64,000 bases of DNA. Origin: a virus. The number at the start of each line of letters is the position of its first letter. Position 1 is the first letter of the stretch. Under the pieces are notes generated by a model. The model did not search any database, was not told the DNA's origin, and was given only the letters and a program-made list of their open reading frames with translations. The translations under genes and the position numbers were made by a program. Of the stretch, positions 44,771-53,390 are shown piece by piece. The DNA lies in IMG/VR virus record IMGVR_UViG_3300047094_002472. One strand, written 5' to 3'.

Positions 44771-45304
44771 TTAGTCCTCGCTGCATCTACATTGATACTT
44801 ATTACAATAACAACATTTAGGCCCAGGGCTTGAAAAACCCCAAGCATTAGCATAACCATCAAAACTTTCTTTCCCGGTATCTATACATACTAGTTTAGTT
44901 TTGCCCTTTCTTTCTATTAGTCCAATGTTCCAATAGTGGCAATCCCAAAACTTTAATTTGGTTTTTTGATATATTTTATTTACTAGATTTTGTATAGACC
45001 TTAAAGAATGTGGCCTATCATTAGTACATATGGGCATCTGTGCTTTTTCGGTAATATACCCCCAGCCACTAGTCATAGAAGGACAATCTATATCAGAGCA
45101 GAATTGTAGTTGACAAACATCTCCAAGAACTTTTGGGGCTAGGTCAAAAAGACTCAACTTCTTTTGTCTCCAATATGAATCTAAAGCCTTTTGCTTATTA
45201 CGAAACTCTTTAAATCCAAGATCGTTTTGGCTTACTATGCTATAGAATTGAGCATAGCCTCCTTCATCGTATAGATTTATATCTATAAGATAGTTTTTAC
45301 TCAT
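44771..45304 (-). CDS. minimal protein-kinase-fold enzyme
   Basis: EGGYAQFY (Gly loop), FKEF (Lys), ITEKA (hinge), DCHYWNIG (catalytic loop), IDTG. Confidence 0.7.
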   Translation of the reverse strand: MSKNYLIDINLYDEGGYAQFYSIVSQNDLGFKEFRNKQKALDSYWRQKKLSLFDLAPKVLGDVCQLQFCSDIDCPSMTSGWGYITEKAQMPICTNDRPHSLRSIQNLVNKIYQKTKLKFWDCHYWNIGLIERKGKTKLVCIDTGKESFDGYANAWGFSSPGPKCCYCNKYQCRCSED

Positions 45305-45621
45305 TGTTTTTCTTCAATGGGATTTCCGGTTAGCATTTCAACAAGACGAACCGCATCACTAAGATTATCAAAGGTTCCTATGTGCATACCAGATTGAACA
45401 TGATCCGCTTTAAAAGACCCAAAAACCACATAGAATGGTTCCCCAACCGTTTCATCTCTAGAAAAATAGTCTTCTGCATCTTTTACAGCATCGAAGATAA
45501 CCCCGCCCTCATAATCCTTAATTTCTTTTACGGTGTCTATAGCAAAATACTGAAAATGAGATCTAGGATTTCCGGTATTCAACCCAATGCCTCTAAAAAA
45601 CCTATTACTAATTGTTGTCAT
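45301..45621 (-). CDS. hypothetical protein
   Basis: ORF chain. Confidence 0.5.
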   Translation of the reverse strand: MTTISNRFFRGIGLNTGNPRSHFQYFAIDTVKEIKDYEGGVIFDAVKDAEDYFSRDETVGEPFYVVFGSFKADHVQSGMHIGTFDNLSDAVRLVEMLTGNPIEEKQ

Positions 45622-45623
45622 GT

Positions 45624-45866
45624 TTAATCTTGCCTATAAAGAGGAACTACTGTTTTTTGGTCGTTATATGGATTATTTTGTAGTCTCAGATCATACAAAT
45701 CTCCATACTGGTTTATTTTAGCCCAAGCAACTGGTTGGTCAAGTTTTTCATACTTGGCTTTTAGTCTTTTGAGTTCGTCTTTGGCATTGTTAACCACAAA
45801 ACGATCAGCACCATTAGCCCACGCAAATTCAATTAAATATTCTATCGGATTGGCGTGTTGTTCCAT
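45624..45866 (-). CDS. hypothetical protein
   Basis: ORF chain. Confidence 0.5.
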   Translation of the reverse strand: MEQHANPIEYLIEFAWANGADRFVVNNAKDELKRLKAKYEKLDQPVAWAKINQYGDLYDLRLQNNPYNDQKTVVPLYRQD

Positions 45867-45867
45867 T

Positions 45868-46083
45868 TTATGCAAATCCTATTCTAGTTTTTTCGGAAAG
45901 TGTTACTTCTATCTCATTGGCAGAAAATGTTTGAGTTGTATAAGAGCGACTATTCCACCAGCCACACTCGTATGTAATGTGGTTTTCGCCCCTAATATTT
46001 ATTCCAACTATTGTACCAAACACATCATCTGCCAACTTTACTTGGCTACCAATCTTATATAGTTCTATAGTATTCTTACTCAT
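45868..46083 (-). CDS. small SH3-like hypothetical protein
   Basis: IGSQVKL...G.I.GI...YECGWW; AGGAG SD. Confidence 0.55.
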   Translation of the reverse strand: MSKNTIELYKIGSQVKLADDVFGTIVGINIRGENHITYECGWWNSRSYTTQTFSANEIEVTLSEKTRIGFA

Positions 46084-46100
46084 ATATCTCCTTTGTATTT

Positions 46101-46400
46101 CTAGCGATACCTAACACAAGCATACCATCCTCTCGCCCCTCTGGCAACCCCAATTTCTACCGGAGTCTTTTGTCCCCAATAGCAACAATTTTTAATAGCA
46201 CGATCCGCACTAATGGGAGAAAAACCCACCCCTTCATAGCCTCTATTTCCACCACAATGACCCATAGAATTTCTTTGGGCCTGAATATTTGCAACCCCTT
46301 GTGCTGATGACGTTGTATATGCGTATGTTTTATTCACATTTTGAGCATTAGCAACTACGGGGCAGACCAAGAACAGACCAATAATAAAAGCCTTCTTCAT
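46101..46400 (-). CDS. small secreted CAP/SCP-like protein
   Basis: Signal peptide; MGH.GG..GYEGVG...NCCYWG....EIGVARG..GWYAC. Confidence 0.65.
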   Translation of the reverse strand: MKKAFIIGLFLVCPVVANAQNVNKTYAYTTSSAQGVANIQAQRNSMGHCGGNRGYEGVGFSPISADRAIKNCCYWGQKTPVEIGVARGARGWYACVRYR

Positions 46401-46430
46401 AATTTCCTCCTTGAAAGTTATAGATGGGAT

Positions 46431-46483
46431 AAAAAGATCCCCCGAAAGTGTGCATTATTAAGAGGCATCGGGGGTTTCTTTTT
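46431..46483 (-). terminator. bulged hairpin / terminator-like element
   Basis: CCCCCGA...TCGGGGG stem with inner TGC/GCA, followed by ATCTTTTT. Confidence 0.45.
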
Positions 46484-46491
46484 CATAAAAA

Positions 46492-46710
46492 TTATCGGAT
46501 AACAGTTACGTTACGGGTGCGACAAACACCGTTAGCACAACCTGAAACAATTCTCTTTGGTAGAACTACGGTTTCACGAACAACACTCTTTGTAACAGTC
46601 ACAACTTTTCGACCGCGAACAACCGCACAATTACCAGACTGGCAATCTCCAGCAAAAGATAGTGCCGGAATCGAAAGAGCAACAACTAGAAACAGAACAA
46701 TATTCTTCAT
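46492..46710 (-). CDS. small secreted basic Cys peptide (CxxGxC twice)
   Basis: Signal peptide ending SFA; GDCQSGNC...GCANGVC. Confidence 0.7.
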   Translation of the reverse strand: MKNIVLFLVVALSIPALSFAGDCQSGNCAVVRGRKVVTVTKSVVRETVVLPKRIVSGCANGVCRTRNVTVIR

Positions 46711-46757
46711 ATTAGAATCTCCTTGGTGTTTAAAAAATAAAAGGTCAAATCCATTCG

Positions 46758-46802
46758 ACTCAGTTAACTGAGTATCATAGTCCGCTCAGTATCCACTGTC
46801 AA
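46758..46802 (-). promoter_or_regulatory. sigma70 promoter with 16-bp palindromic operator candidate
   Basis: TTGACA-17-TATGAT; ACTCAGTTAACTGAGT at 46758-46773. Confidence 0.7.
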
Positions 46803-46821
46803 CATACAAAATTGTATGCAG

Positions 46822-46894
46822 TAGGAGTGGTGGGAGTCGAACCCACACTTGCAAAATTTTAAGTTTTGTGACTCTGCCATTGGTCTACACTCCC
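46822..46894 (-). tRNA. tRNA-Leu(UAA), short variable loop, no encoded CCA
   Basis: GGGAGTG/CACTCCT acceptor, CAAAA-CTTAAAA-TTTTG anticodon arm, GTGGG-TTCGACT-CCCAC T-arm. Confidence 0.9.
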
Positions 46895-46899
46895 ATAAA

Positions 46900-46979
46900 A
46901 CACACCGACTACACAAACCATTGATTTGAGGTTGACTATAACTTTGTGCCTCTCGTTTAGTTTGTGTAGCCAGTGCATC
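46900..46979 (-). ncRNA. long structured hairpin upstream of tRNA-Leu
   Basis: About 19-bp stem (ATGCACTGGCTACACAAAC/GTTTGTGTAGTCGGTGTGT, G-U pairs on the minus strand), internal loop, GAGG/CCTC inner stem. Confidence 0.5.
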
Positions 46980-46990
46980 TTGGGTTTTAA

Positions 46991-47272
46991 TCAGCCGTTG
47001 GCATGAGCCTTAAGACGGGCCACAATCTGAGCCATCTGCTCAACATTGTCCACCGTCTTGATTGGCTTCGCACGTTCCATTGTGGGCAACTCAATACCCT
47101 TGGCCTTAAGAGCCTCCTTGGTACGAGCAAAACGAGCCATCGTACTAGCGACCTTCTGACCCGTCTTAGTAGCAATCTCAGCATAGGTCTTGCTAGAAAA
47201 CACCGCCTCAAGAAACTGCTCGTCGCTGCAACGAACACGCTTCTGCTTTTCCAGAGTAGTAACTTCAGCCAT
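46991..47272 (-). CDS. basic HTH-like protein
   Basis: TYAEIATKTGQKVASTMAR; GGAGG SD; own promoter and 5'UTR hairpin. Confidence 0.6.
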   Translation of the reverse strand: MAEVTTLEKQKRVRCSDEQFLEAVFSSKTYAEIATKTGQKVASTMARFARTKEALKAKGIELPTMERAKPIKTVDNVEQMAQIVARLKAHANG

Positions 47273-47351
47273 AATCAACCTCCAAATCTTAATCCAAACT
47301 CACTCAGCAGGATTCGATCACGCGACCGATTAACTCCTGCCTTGTCCTTTC

Positions 47352-47380
47352 ATTGTACAACAGTGTATCGTCACTGTCAA
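47352..47380 (-). promoter_or_regulatory. sigma70 promoter with ACGAT box
   Basis: TTGACA-GTGACGATACACTGTTG-TACAAT. Confidence 0.75.
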
Positions 47381-47440
47381 TACGCATCCTTGAAAAATTT
47401 TTGCGTTCCAACTCGTTTTTTGAAAAAACTAAATTGTGTC

Positions 47441-47839
47441 CTAGTTAGACTTTCTTCGCAACCAGCGAGAATATTCTGGTGCTTTATATCCTGTTTTTCT
47501 TGACATCTCATTATTATTGATTTGATTTATAATAATAGACGTTGGCAAACTTTTAACACCCATCTTTGCCTTAAAGTCTGGATTCGCTTCTATGTCTATA
47601 ATACATACAATATATCTATCTATGTCTTCTATGTTTGATAGATCTTTTTTAAGTTGCTGACAGTATCCGCACCAATCAGCACTAAATATTAAAAGTATTG
47701 GCATATCGGCTTCTTTTGCCAAAACCTTTGCTGTTTCATAATCGTCTTTAATGACGTATGAAGTTTCAGAAACTTGAGCGTTTGCTAAAGTGGAGATAAA
47801 TAAACACAATAGAGTAACAACTGTGGACAATCGTTTCAT
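47441..47839 (-). CDS. exported thioredoxin-like protein
   Basis: Signal peptide (ANA); FSADWCGYC; SLPT cis-Pro loop. Confidence 0.85.
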   Translation of the reverse strand: MKRLSTVVTLLCLFISTLANAQVSETSYVIKDDYETAKVLAKEADMPILLIFSADWCGYCQQLKKDLSNIEDIDRYIVCIIDIEANPDFKAKMGVKSLPTSIIINQINNNEMSRKTGYKAPEYSRWLRRKSN

Positions 47840-47860
47840 GGTTTACTCCACCATATCGAC

Positions 47861-48130
47861 TTAATTATTTTCTAGTGTGACTTTAATAATAGCATAGTCT
47901 TCTCTATCGCTATCTATGATTTGTATTTCTGTGACCCTTCCTTTTCCAAAAAAATCATAACCAATATGCAAAAATGGGCCACCCTCAAAATCTGCATATG
48001 TTGGACTACTTGGGTCTACTTCAAAGCCTATTCTTAAAAACCCGCTATCTCCTTCGACTATAAACTGATTATCATTTATTTGAGTTACAGTTCTTTTCCT
48101 TCCATATCTAGATTTTATATTACTAGACAC
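47861..48130 (-). CDS. hypothetical protein
   Basis: DFEGGPF motif. Confidence 0.55.
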   Translation of the reverse strand: MSSNIKSRYGRKRTVTQINDNQFIVEGDSGFLRIGFEVDPSSPTYADFEGGPFLHIGYDFFGKGRVTEIQIIDSDREDYAIIKVTLENN

Positions 48131-48314
48131 AAACTACCTCTTGAGTACTAACATGATCTTCTTTATTTACAGACGCTAGACCATTAAGAACGTCTTTTAG
48201 AGTTTTATTTTCTTCTTGTAGTATTTGAATAATTCTATCAGCATCCGAAAGTGCCATACTTAGAACCTTGACTTTCTTAGCCAACTCATCACCCACATAA
48301 TTATTCATGCTCAT
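48123..48314 (-). CDS. hypothetical coiled-coil protein
   Basis: AGGAG SD. Confidence 0.5.
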   Translation of the reverse strand: MSMNNYVGDELAKKVKVLSMALSDADRIIQILQEENKTLKDVLNGLASVNKEDHVSTQEVVCV

Positions 48315-48356
48315 GATAAACTCCTTTTTAGGAATATACTACATATATTAAATACA

Positions 48357-48641
48357 CTATTTGATATCAATTTCGACCAGAAATCGCCTCAAGTCTTTCA
48401 ACTGGGCATGTGTTAAAACTATTTGATCTGAATATGGTTTCGAGTGTACCAAAACCTGCCAGATATATCTTAATTTTTGCCATAATGACAGGCTTCTGGC
48501 ATATGACGGGTAGGAGTAAATAGATAGGTCTGCTATTTGGCACTCATGGTCATACTCTATATATAGAATCTCGCCTTTACAATCACAAGGCACAAATACC
48601 GATGTTGTTTTATCTTTACTGTATTTTGTCACGCATCCCAT
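48357..48641 (-). CDS. hypothetical protein
   Basis: ORF chain. Confidence 0.5.
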   Translation of the reverse strand: MGCVTKYSKDKTTSVFVPCDCKGEILYIEYDHECQIADLSIYSYPSYARSLSLWQKLRYIWQVLVHSKPYSDQIVLTHAQLKDLRRFLVEIDIK

Positions 48642-48834
48642 ATAGGTGCGATCCTCCTTGATCTTCCTTTATTTCAGTAAATTCTTGTGGACTTAATAGA
48701 TATGTGACTTGAGAAGATTCTCCCCAAATCTCATACAGTTGAGAGTTTAGCCTTCTGGTAATATAGCCATATTCTGTTATGGCGTGGTTATTCCCATCAT
48801 TAGTATCAATTAGAACCCTTACTCCTGCTGACAT
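48616..48834 (-). CDS. hypothetical protein
   Basis: ORF chain. Confidence 0.5.
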   Translation of the reverse strand: MSAGVRVLIDTNDGNNHAITEYGYITRRLNSQLYEIWGESSQVTYLLSPQEFTEIKEDQGGSHLYGMRDKIQ

Positions 48835-48937
48835 TTTTTGGTTCCTTTTTCTTAAAGATTCTATCGTAGTTATCAGCCCATGTTTTTGGGTCTACGCTCT
48901 TTGGTCTGCGTTTCGACCCCTTACCATTTTCACTCAT

Positions 48938-49636
48938 TTATTCCTCCAATACGAATGACCAGTAACGACTATCTTCCTTCTTCTGAAGATCGTCCCAATA
49001 AATAGAACGGGCAATATAAGAAGGAATCTTATGCTTGCCACAATTTATCATCCAGTGACGCTCCATTTGCTTATATACGAACGAACCAGACTTACTCTTA
49101 TTATACTTCAGACTTTCAACATCGTACAGCCTCAACTGGTGAATATCCCCACAGAGTACTCTGGCCTCATTGGGATGAATCATTTCAAGAGCAAAACTAA
49201 TCTTAGCCAAACCAATACCGCTAATCTTATTTAGGATACTGTCTCGCTTCTTAACGTGATACTTCTTAGTTGTAAGATAAAAGTCTTTAGGATTGGCCCA
49301 AAACTTTGTGCTAAAGTCCCAAATATAATTGGTTCGGTTATTGTGCAGACCGACTCCGCTCTTGTGGAGTTTTTCAAGAAGAACTTCTTTGCTATCAATC
49401 CATTCGTTAAAATTTTTGATGGCATTATAACCCTTGACATTACCCTGCCAAGTGGTATGGACGCTGCAATATGCGAAAAGATAACGCCGAAAAATATCTT
49501 CATTGGTTTTCGGGCGAACGCTCTCCCAATAATCCTTATAGGCTACAATCTTATCCTTGGGAAAGTTCTTAAAGAATTCGTCGGCCTTAGACGTATTAAT
49601 AACTACGGGCTTTTTCTCAACTACTGCTTCGCTCAT
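48938..49636 (-). CDS. HhH-GPD/Ogg2-like DNA glycosylase
   Basis: GLHNNR, ISGIGLAKISF (HhH), LCGDIHQLR. Confidence 0.65.
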   Translation of the reverse strand: MSEAVVEKKPVVINTSKADEFFKNFPKDKIVAYKDYWESVRPKTNEDIFRRYLFAYCSVHTTWQGNVKGYNAIKNFNEWIDSKEVLLEKLHKSGVGLHNNRTNYIWDFSTKFWANPKDFYLTTKKYHVKKRDSILNKISGIGLAKISFALEMIHPNEARVLCGDIHQLRLYDVESLKYNKSKSGSFVYKQMERHWMINCGKHKIPSYIARSIYWDDLQKKEDSRYWSFVLEE

Positions 49637-49672
49637 ATTTACTCCAATGTTTGTTCCAAAGTGTATGCTCCG

Positions 49673-49701
49673 ATTCTACACTAAAGGTATCGGCTTGTCA
49701 A
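49673..49701 (-). promoter_or_regulatory. sigma70 promoter with CCGAT box
   Basis: TTGACA-AGCCGATACCTTTAGTG-TAGAAT. Confidence 0.8.
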
Positions 49702-49712
49702 GTGTCATTACT

Positions 49713-50021
49713 TCAATCAAATGGACAAGCGTTTGGATCGCCACCATTGTTAATAAATTCCTGATGTTTTTCTTGATATAAAACACCAGTATGAAACCCC
49801 TTTTTTTGAGATTTTTGTTTTTCTTCTTGTTTCTTTTTTTTATTCTGGAATTTTCGTTGTTTTTTTAGGGTTTTCTTTGTTTCTTTTTGCTCTTGAATAG
49901 AATCTAATGCTCCTATTCTTTTTGCTTCTTGTAAACCATACTCTTGAATAATTCTACGATTACCTCTAAATTGTGAACTTTTACTATATCTATTTGCTTT
50001 ATATTTCACGACTACCTCCAT
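49713..50021 (-). CDS. basic hypothetical protein
   Basis: Lys-rich ORF; start uncertain. Confidence 0.45.
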   Translation of the reverse strand: MEVVVKYKANRYSKSSQFRGNRRIIQEYGLQEAKRIGALDSIQEQKETKKTLKKQRKFQNKKKKQEEKQKSQKKGFHTGVLYQEKHQEFINNGGDPNACPFD

Positions 50022-51306
50022 GTAAAATTTTGAAAGTGGGAAATCTTAAAGAGATACCGCCATCTTGATTCTCACTCTCGCTAAAGTACTGGACAGTAAT
50101 AATCTTACCAAGAATCTTTTTGGGATGCTTATGAAAGTCCTGTCTTTGTTCGATACTAAAGCCGCTGCCGACTCTAACATCATAGCCTTTATGCTTAATG
50201 GTTACGCAACTAAGCATAGTTTCTTCTGTTTCTTGACCATCTTTAACATAACGAAATGGCCCCATTTCAACATCAACAACCTCATATTCATCATCAGAAA
50301 ATGACTTATACTTAAGCAAATCTTTCGATCTTTTTCCCTTATATGGTTCGTCCGCTCTCAGCATCAGTCCTTCCCAGCCATATTCATTAGACAAGGATAC
50401 CCATTCTTCAAAATGAGCATCATCCTTAACCTTATCTTGAGCCAAAACGCTCAAACATGGACAGGTATTCTTTCTCATTACTTCTCTAAGATTATTATAC
50501 CTATGAGAAAACAGTTTGCCCTTAGTACCCTTTTGACTATAGAATTCGTCATGACTAATCATGTCGAATATTTTGTACGAGGGATTTGGAATAGTGTGGT
50601 CTTTCTTACGAAGTTCCTTCATAACTCCCTGGAAATCCTCGTTACCATTTTCGTCCACAAGGCAAAGTTCACCGTCGAATACTACGTTAGAAATACCCAA
50701 ATTGCGTATACCATCAGCAACAACAGAGAGAGTATCGAAAACCTTACCTGTTCTTGAAAAGAAAATGGTTTCGCCTTTACTATCCACAACGCCAATACAC
50801 CTAGCGCCATCAATTTTACGACTAACATACCAATCGTCCTTCCAGTCTACAATTTTAGGTTCATATTTTTCAGCGAGTGCAACGCTAAATGTGGGAATAA
50901 AATCTGGAATCGCTTTATTAATCAACTTATCGCCAGCACGAGTTTTTAGGTCTTTATCAATAATACAATGGATAAGTTCTTTATGCTCTGGATGAGAATC
51001 GACGAAACTATTTACCGCACCAATAGCATCGTGACCAGTAATCTCTCTATTTTTAAGAGCATCAAGCAAATCAAAAATACTTTTATAAGCATGACCTCTC
51101 AGATGAGATTTTTTCTTAAGATTATCGCTTGTCACAAAATATTGCCAAGTTGGATGATAAGTATAAAGCAGAATGTTCTTAATAAAATTTGCACCAGCAC
51201 CATTACCAGAAACATAGTCTGTAATAATGTCCACTTTATCGTTTGTGCTACTGGTGGCACGAAGATCACGAACAAAACCATCAAGATGTTCAAAACTATC
51301 GGTCAT
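49999..51306 (-). CDS. lig: ATP-dependent DNA ligase (start MTDSFE)
   Basis: KIDG, FDGE, IFD, EGLMLR, KRS..LLKYK, VGSGF, LRFP; AGGAGG SD. Confidence 0.95.
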   Translation of the reverse strand: MTDSFEHLDGFVRDLRATSSTNDKVDIITDYVSGNGAGANFIKNILLYTYHPTWQYFVTSDNLKKKSHLRGHAYKSIFDLLDALKNREITGHDAIGAVNSFVDSHPEHKELIHCIIDKDLKTRAGDKLINKAIPDFIPTFSVALAEKYEPKIVDWKDDWYVSRKIDGARCIGVVDSKGETIFFSRTGKVFDTLSVVADGIRNLGISNVVFDGELCLVDENGNEDFQGVMKELRKKDHTIPNPSYKIFDMISHDEFYSQKGTKGKLFSHRYNNLREVMRKNTCPCLSVLAQDKVKDDAHFEEWVSLSNEYGWEGLMLRADEPYKGKRSKDLLKYKSFSDDEYEVVDVEMGPFRYVKDGQETEETMLSCVTIKHKGYDVRVGSGFSIEQRQDFHKHPKKILGKIITVQYFSESENQDGGISLRFPTFKILHGGSREI

Positions 51307-51332
51307 ACCAAATCCTCCTGTGTTATCCCAAC

Positions 51333-51361
51333 ATTCTAGCATAAGCCAATCGTCTTGTCAA
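51333..51361 (-). promoter_or_regulatory. sigma70 promoter with ACGAT box (ligase)
   Basis: TTGACA-AGACGATTGGCTTATGC-TAGAAT. Confidence 0.8.
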
Positions 51362-51579
51362 GTATCGTCAATTTGTTTGCGTTTCTTGAACACCCTAGCC
51401 ATAATTTGTATTAGGTCGCTACCAGCAGTCTGATAAAATGCCGGGCAAATAGCATGAATAATTAATAGAGCCCCCGATAAAAAACAAACAAATCCATAAA
51501 AAACAGCAAACTTAAAGTGCTGTAAATACGTCATCCCATTTTCTTCTAAGTGTTCAATCCACCTTTTCTTTAAATTCAT
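51358..51579 (-). CDS. small membrane protein
   Basis: HL...GMTY.QH..FA...IHA..P motif. Confidence 0.6.
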   Translation of the reverse strand: MNLKKRWIEHLEENGMTYLQHFKFAVFYGFVCFLSGALLIIHAICPAFYQTAGSDLIQIMARVFKKRKQIDDT

Positions 51580-52207
51580 AGAAATAAACCTCTTCGTCGC
51601 TTTCACTCACCCATCTGCTTCCAGTGTTTTCACAACTAAATTCCAGTCCAAACACCTTCCAGTCTGGTTTTTTATCAAACCTTTTGCTGATAAAGGAACC
51701 ACCATCCATCCACAAGATTCTATTATTTGGTTGAATAAAATACTGACCACCATTTCCTTCAAAAACATGACCGCATTTATGTCCAGCCGCTATTTCACCA
51801 TAGCCATTTTGATACTGAGGCCCAAAACACCAGTCTATAGTAAATAGATATTTAGCCTTGTGTAGTGTTTTATTCTTTAGAAGAATATTTGCTGCTCTAT
51901 TTTTAGTATATTGATCAATTTTTATACTAGCGTAATAACTCATACTATCCCATAATTGAATCCAGTCCAAAGGATAGTCTGAGCCTCCACTTTCATTTGC
52001 TCTTAAATAGTGGATTGGAACTCTGGCGTGTTGACTGCCATACTCTGTCATAACAGAAAACAAGCCGCATCTTTGTGGAATACTCGTAAAGTTAAATACT
52101 TCTACTGGTATTCTATCTGAATTTATGTCTGGAGATTTGTTATATAGGAAATTTGTGTCAAGATACGCTATGAAAATAGGAGTATCAATATTCAGATAGT
52201 TGCTCAT
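51554..52207 (-). CDS. conserved hypothetical phage protein
   Basis: YLNID.P, QLWD, YLFTIDW, HKCGH, QPNNR. Confidence 0.7.
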   Translation of the reverse strand: MSNYLNIDTPIFIAYLDTNFLYNKSPDINSDRIPVEVFNFTSIPQRCGLFSVMTEYGSQHARVPIHYLRANESGGSDYPLDWIQLWDSMSYYASIKIDQYTKNRAANILLKNKTLHKAKYLFTIDWCFGPQYQNGYGEIAAGHKCGHVFEGNGGQYFIQPNNRILWMDGGSFISKRFDKKPDWKVFGLEFSCENTGSRWVSESDEEVYFYEFKEKVD

Positions 52208-52542
52208 TTAGATCTCGACAATAAATAGTTCATAGCATTAACAATTCCAGTTAAGTTGTCCCCTAGTTTGCCTATGCCAGTATTACATCTGTCGCATATC
52301 CAACCCCTAAAACTATCATCCGTATGGTCATGATCTAATACCCATTTTATTGGTATCTTTTTGCAGCACTCACAAATTTCGGGTCTTGGTGGAGCCTCTT
52401 TATGTAGTTTGCCTCTAATCTTAGAATGTTTTTTAACGCACTTTTTACATCTACTATCCAATTTATCTTTGTACATACTGTGTTTAGGAAAACTTTTCCT
52501 ATTTTTCCTTTCGCCACAATACGAACAAATTTTTCTTGGCAT
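52204..52542 (-). CDS. endonuclease VII-like protein
   Basis: CECC...LDHDH....RGWIC..CNTGIG..GD. Confidence 0.8.
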   Translation of the reverse strand: MPRKICSYCGERKNRKSFPKHSMYKDKLDSRCKKCVKKHSKIRGKLHKEAPPRPEICECCKKIPIKWVLDHDHTDDSFRGWICDRCNTGIGKLGDNLTGIVNAMNYLLSRSK

Positions 52543-52548
52543 CTTAAC

Positions 52549-52686
52549 TTACTTCTTTTTCTTTTTGACTTTCTTTTCTAGTTTAGCCATTCTTTTTTCT
52601 AGAAGTTTAAGATACTCCATTTCTTTTTGGCGATGCTTGTTGTTTTCTTTTTGGGTTTTCTTAAAAAGTTTCTTCCATACGCTCAT
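52549..52686 (-). CDS. small Lys-rich protein (45 aa, not in the ORF track)
   Basis: AGGAG SD; MSVWKKLFKK...KKKKK. Confidence 0.55.
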   Translation of the reverse strand: MSVWKKLFKKTQKENNKHRQKEMEYLKLLEKRMAKLEKKVKKKKK

Positions 52687-52715
52687 AATAATCTCCTATT
52701 AATATTAGTTTAAAG

Positions 52716-53071
52716 TGGACGAGTCGGGAGTCGAACCCGAGTCTTGTGATATTTCTAATTACATCTTCTACAAGTTTATTTTGTTCATGGGTTAAATAGG
52801 ATTACAGAACAAACAAGATTCATTCCTATCTTACCAACTGCTCTTAACCTACAACCCGTTGGACATTGTAAGTGCAGAGGGATTTAACGACAGACTTTTG
52901 ATCGCTACCCTCATTCGCAATCGCAGTCTGTTACTGCCCGTTTTTATTAGGCAGCAAGTGCTAACTGAGTTGTGCCAGTTAAAGCATTTGATCCGGTTTT
53001 AAAGTGGCCTCCAGATCAACCACTACTTGCTTACATAATTTTCCATATCCAATCGAAACCTTTACTCGCCC
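52716..53071 (-). ncRNA. ssrA: tmRNA; tag (A)GTTQLALAA at 52947-52976
   Basis: GGGCGAG/CTCGTCC-A acceptor with G3-U70; unpaired D-loop GGTTTCGA; T-arm TCGGG-TTCGACT-CCCGA; resume context TTAACT-GGC; tag ends LAA-stop. Confidence 0.93.
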
Positions 53072-53098
53072 GTAATTTTATATACACCTAGAGTCTTT

Positions 53099-53302
53099 TT
53101 AGGTCTCATTCCCGGCATTTATATCCGTATTAGATAGATTTTTAATTTCCTCCATAAGTTTTTGTAGATCATCATCACCAACAGGCATGATTATCCTGGT
53201 TAGTTCTGCTCTAAAATTCTCCATTTCTTGCCATAGCACAATATTGAGCGTAGCAGAAAATACGAGAGACAAAAACAACATTACAATAAGTGCATTTTTC
53301 AT
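53099..53302 (-). CDS. small membrane-anchored protein
   Basis: N-terminal TM segment. Confidence 0.5.
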   Translation of the reverse strand: MKNALIVMLFLSLVFSATLNIVLWQEMENFRAELTRIIMPVGDDDLQKLMEEIKNLSNTDINAGNET

Positions 53303-53304
53303 AA

Positions 53305-53377
53305 TAGGGCGTGAGAGAATCGAACTCCCTTAACTACCTTATAAGAGTAGCGTCTTAGACCATTAGACGAACGCCCC
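53305..53377 (-). tRNA. tRNA-Ile(UAU), no encoded CCA
   Basis: GGGGCGT/ACGCCCT-A, GTCT/AGAC D-stem, CTACT-CTTATAA-GGTAG, GGGAG-TTCGATT-CTCTC. Confidence 0.88.
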
Positions 53378-53390
53378 GCATTGTTCTGTT

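Noticed and set aside
46431-46483. Riboswitch or ribozyme
   Set aside because: No recognisable consensus; kept only as a terminator-like hairpin
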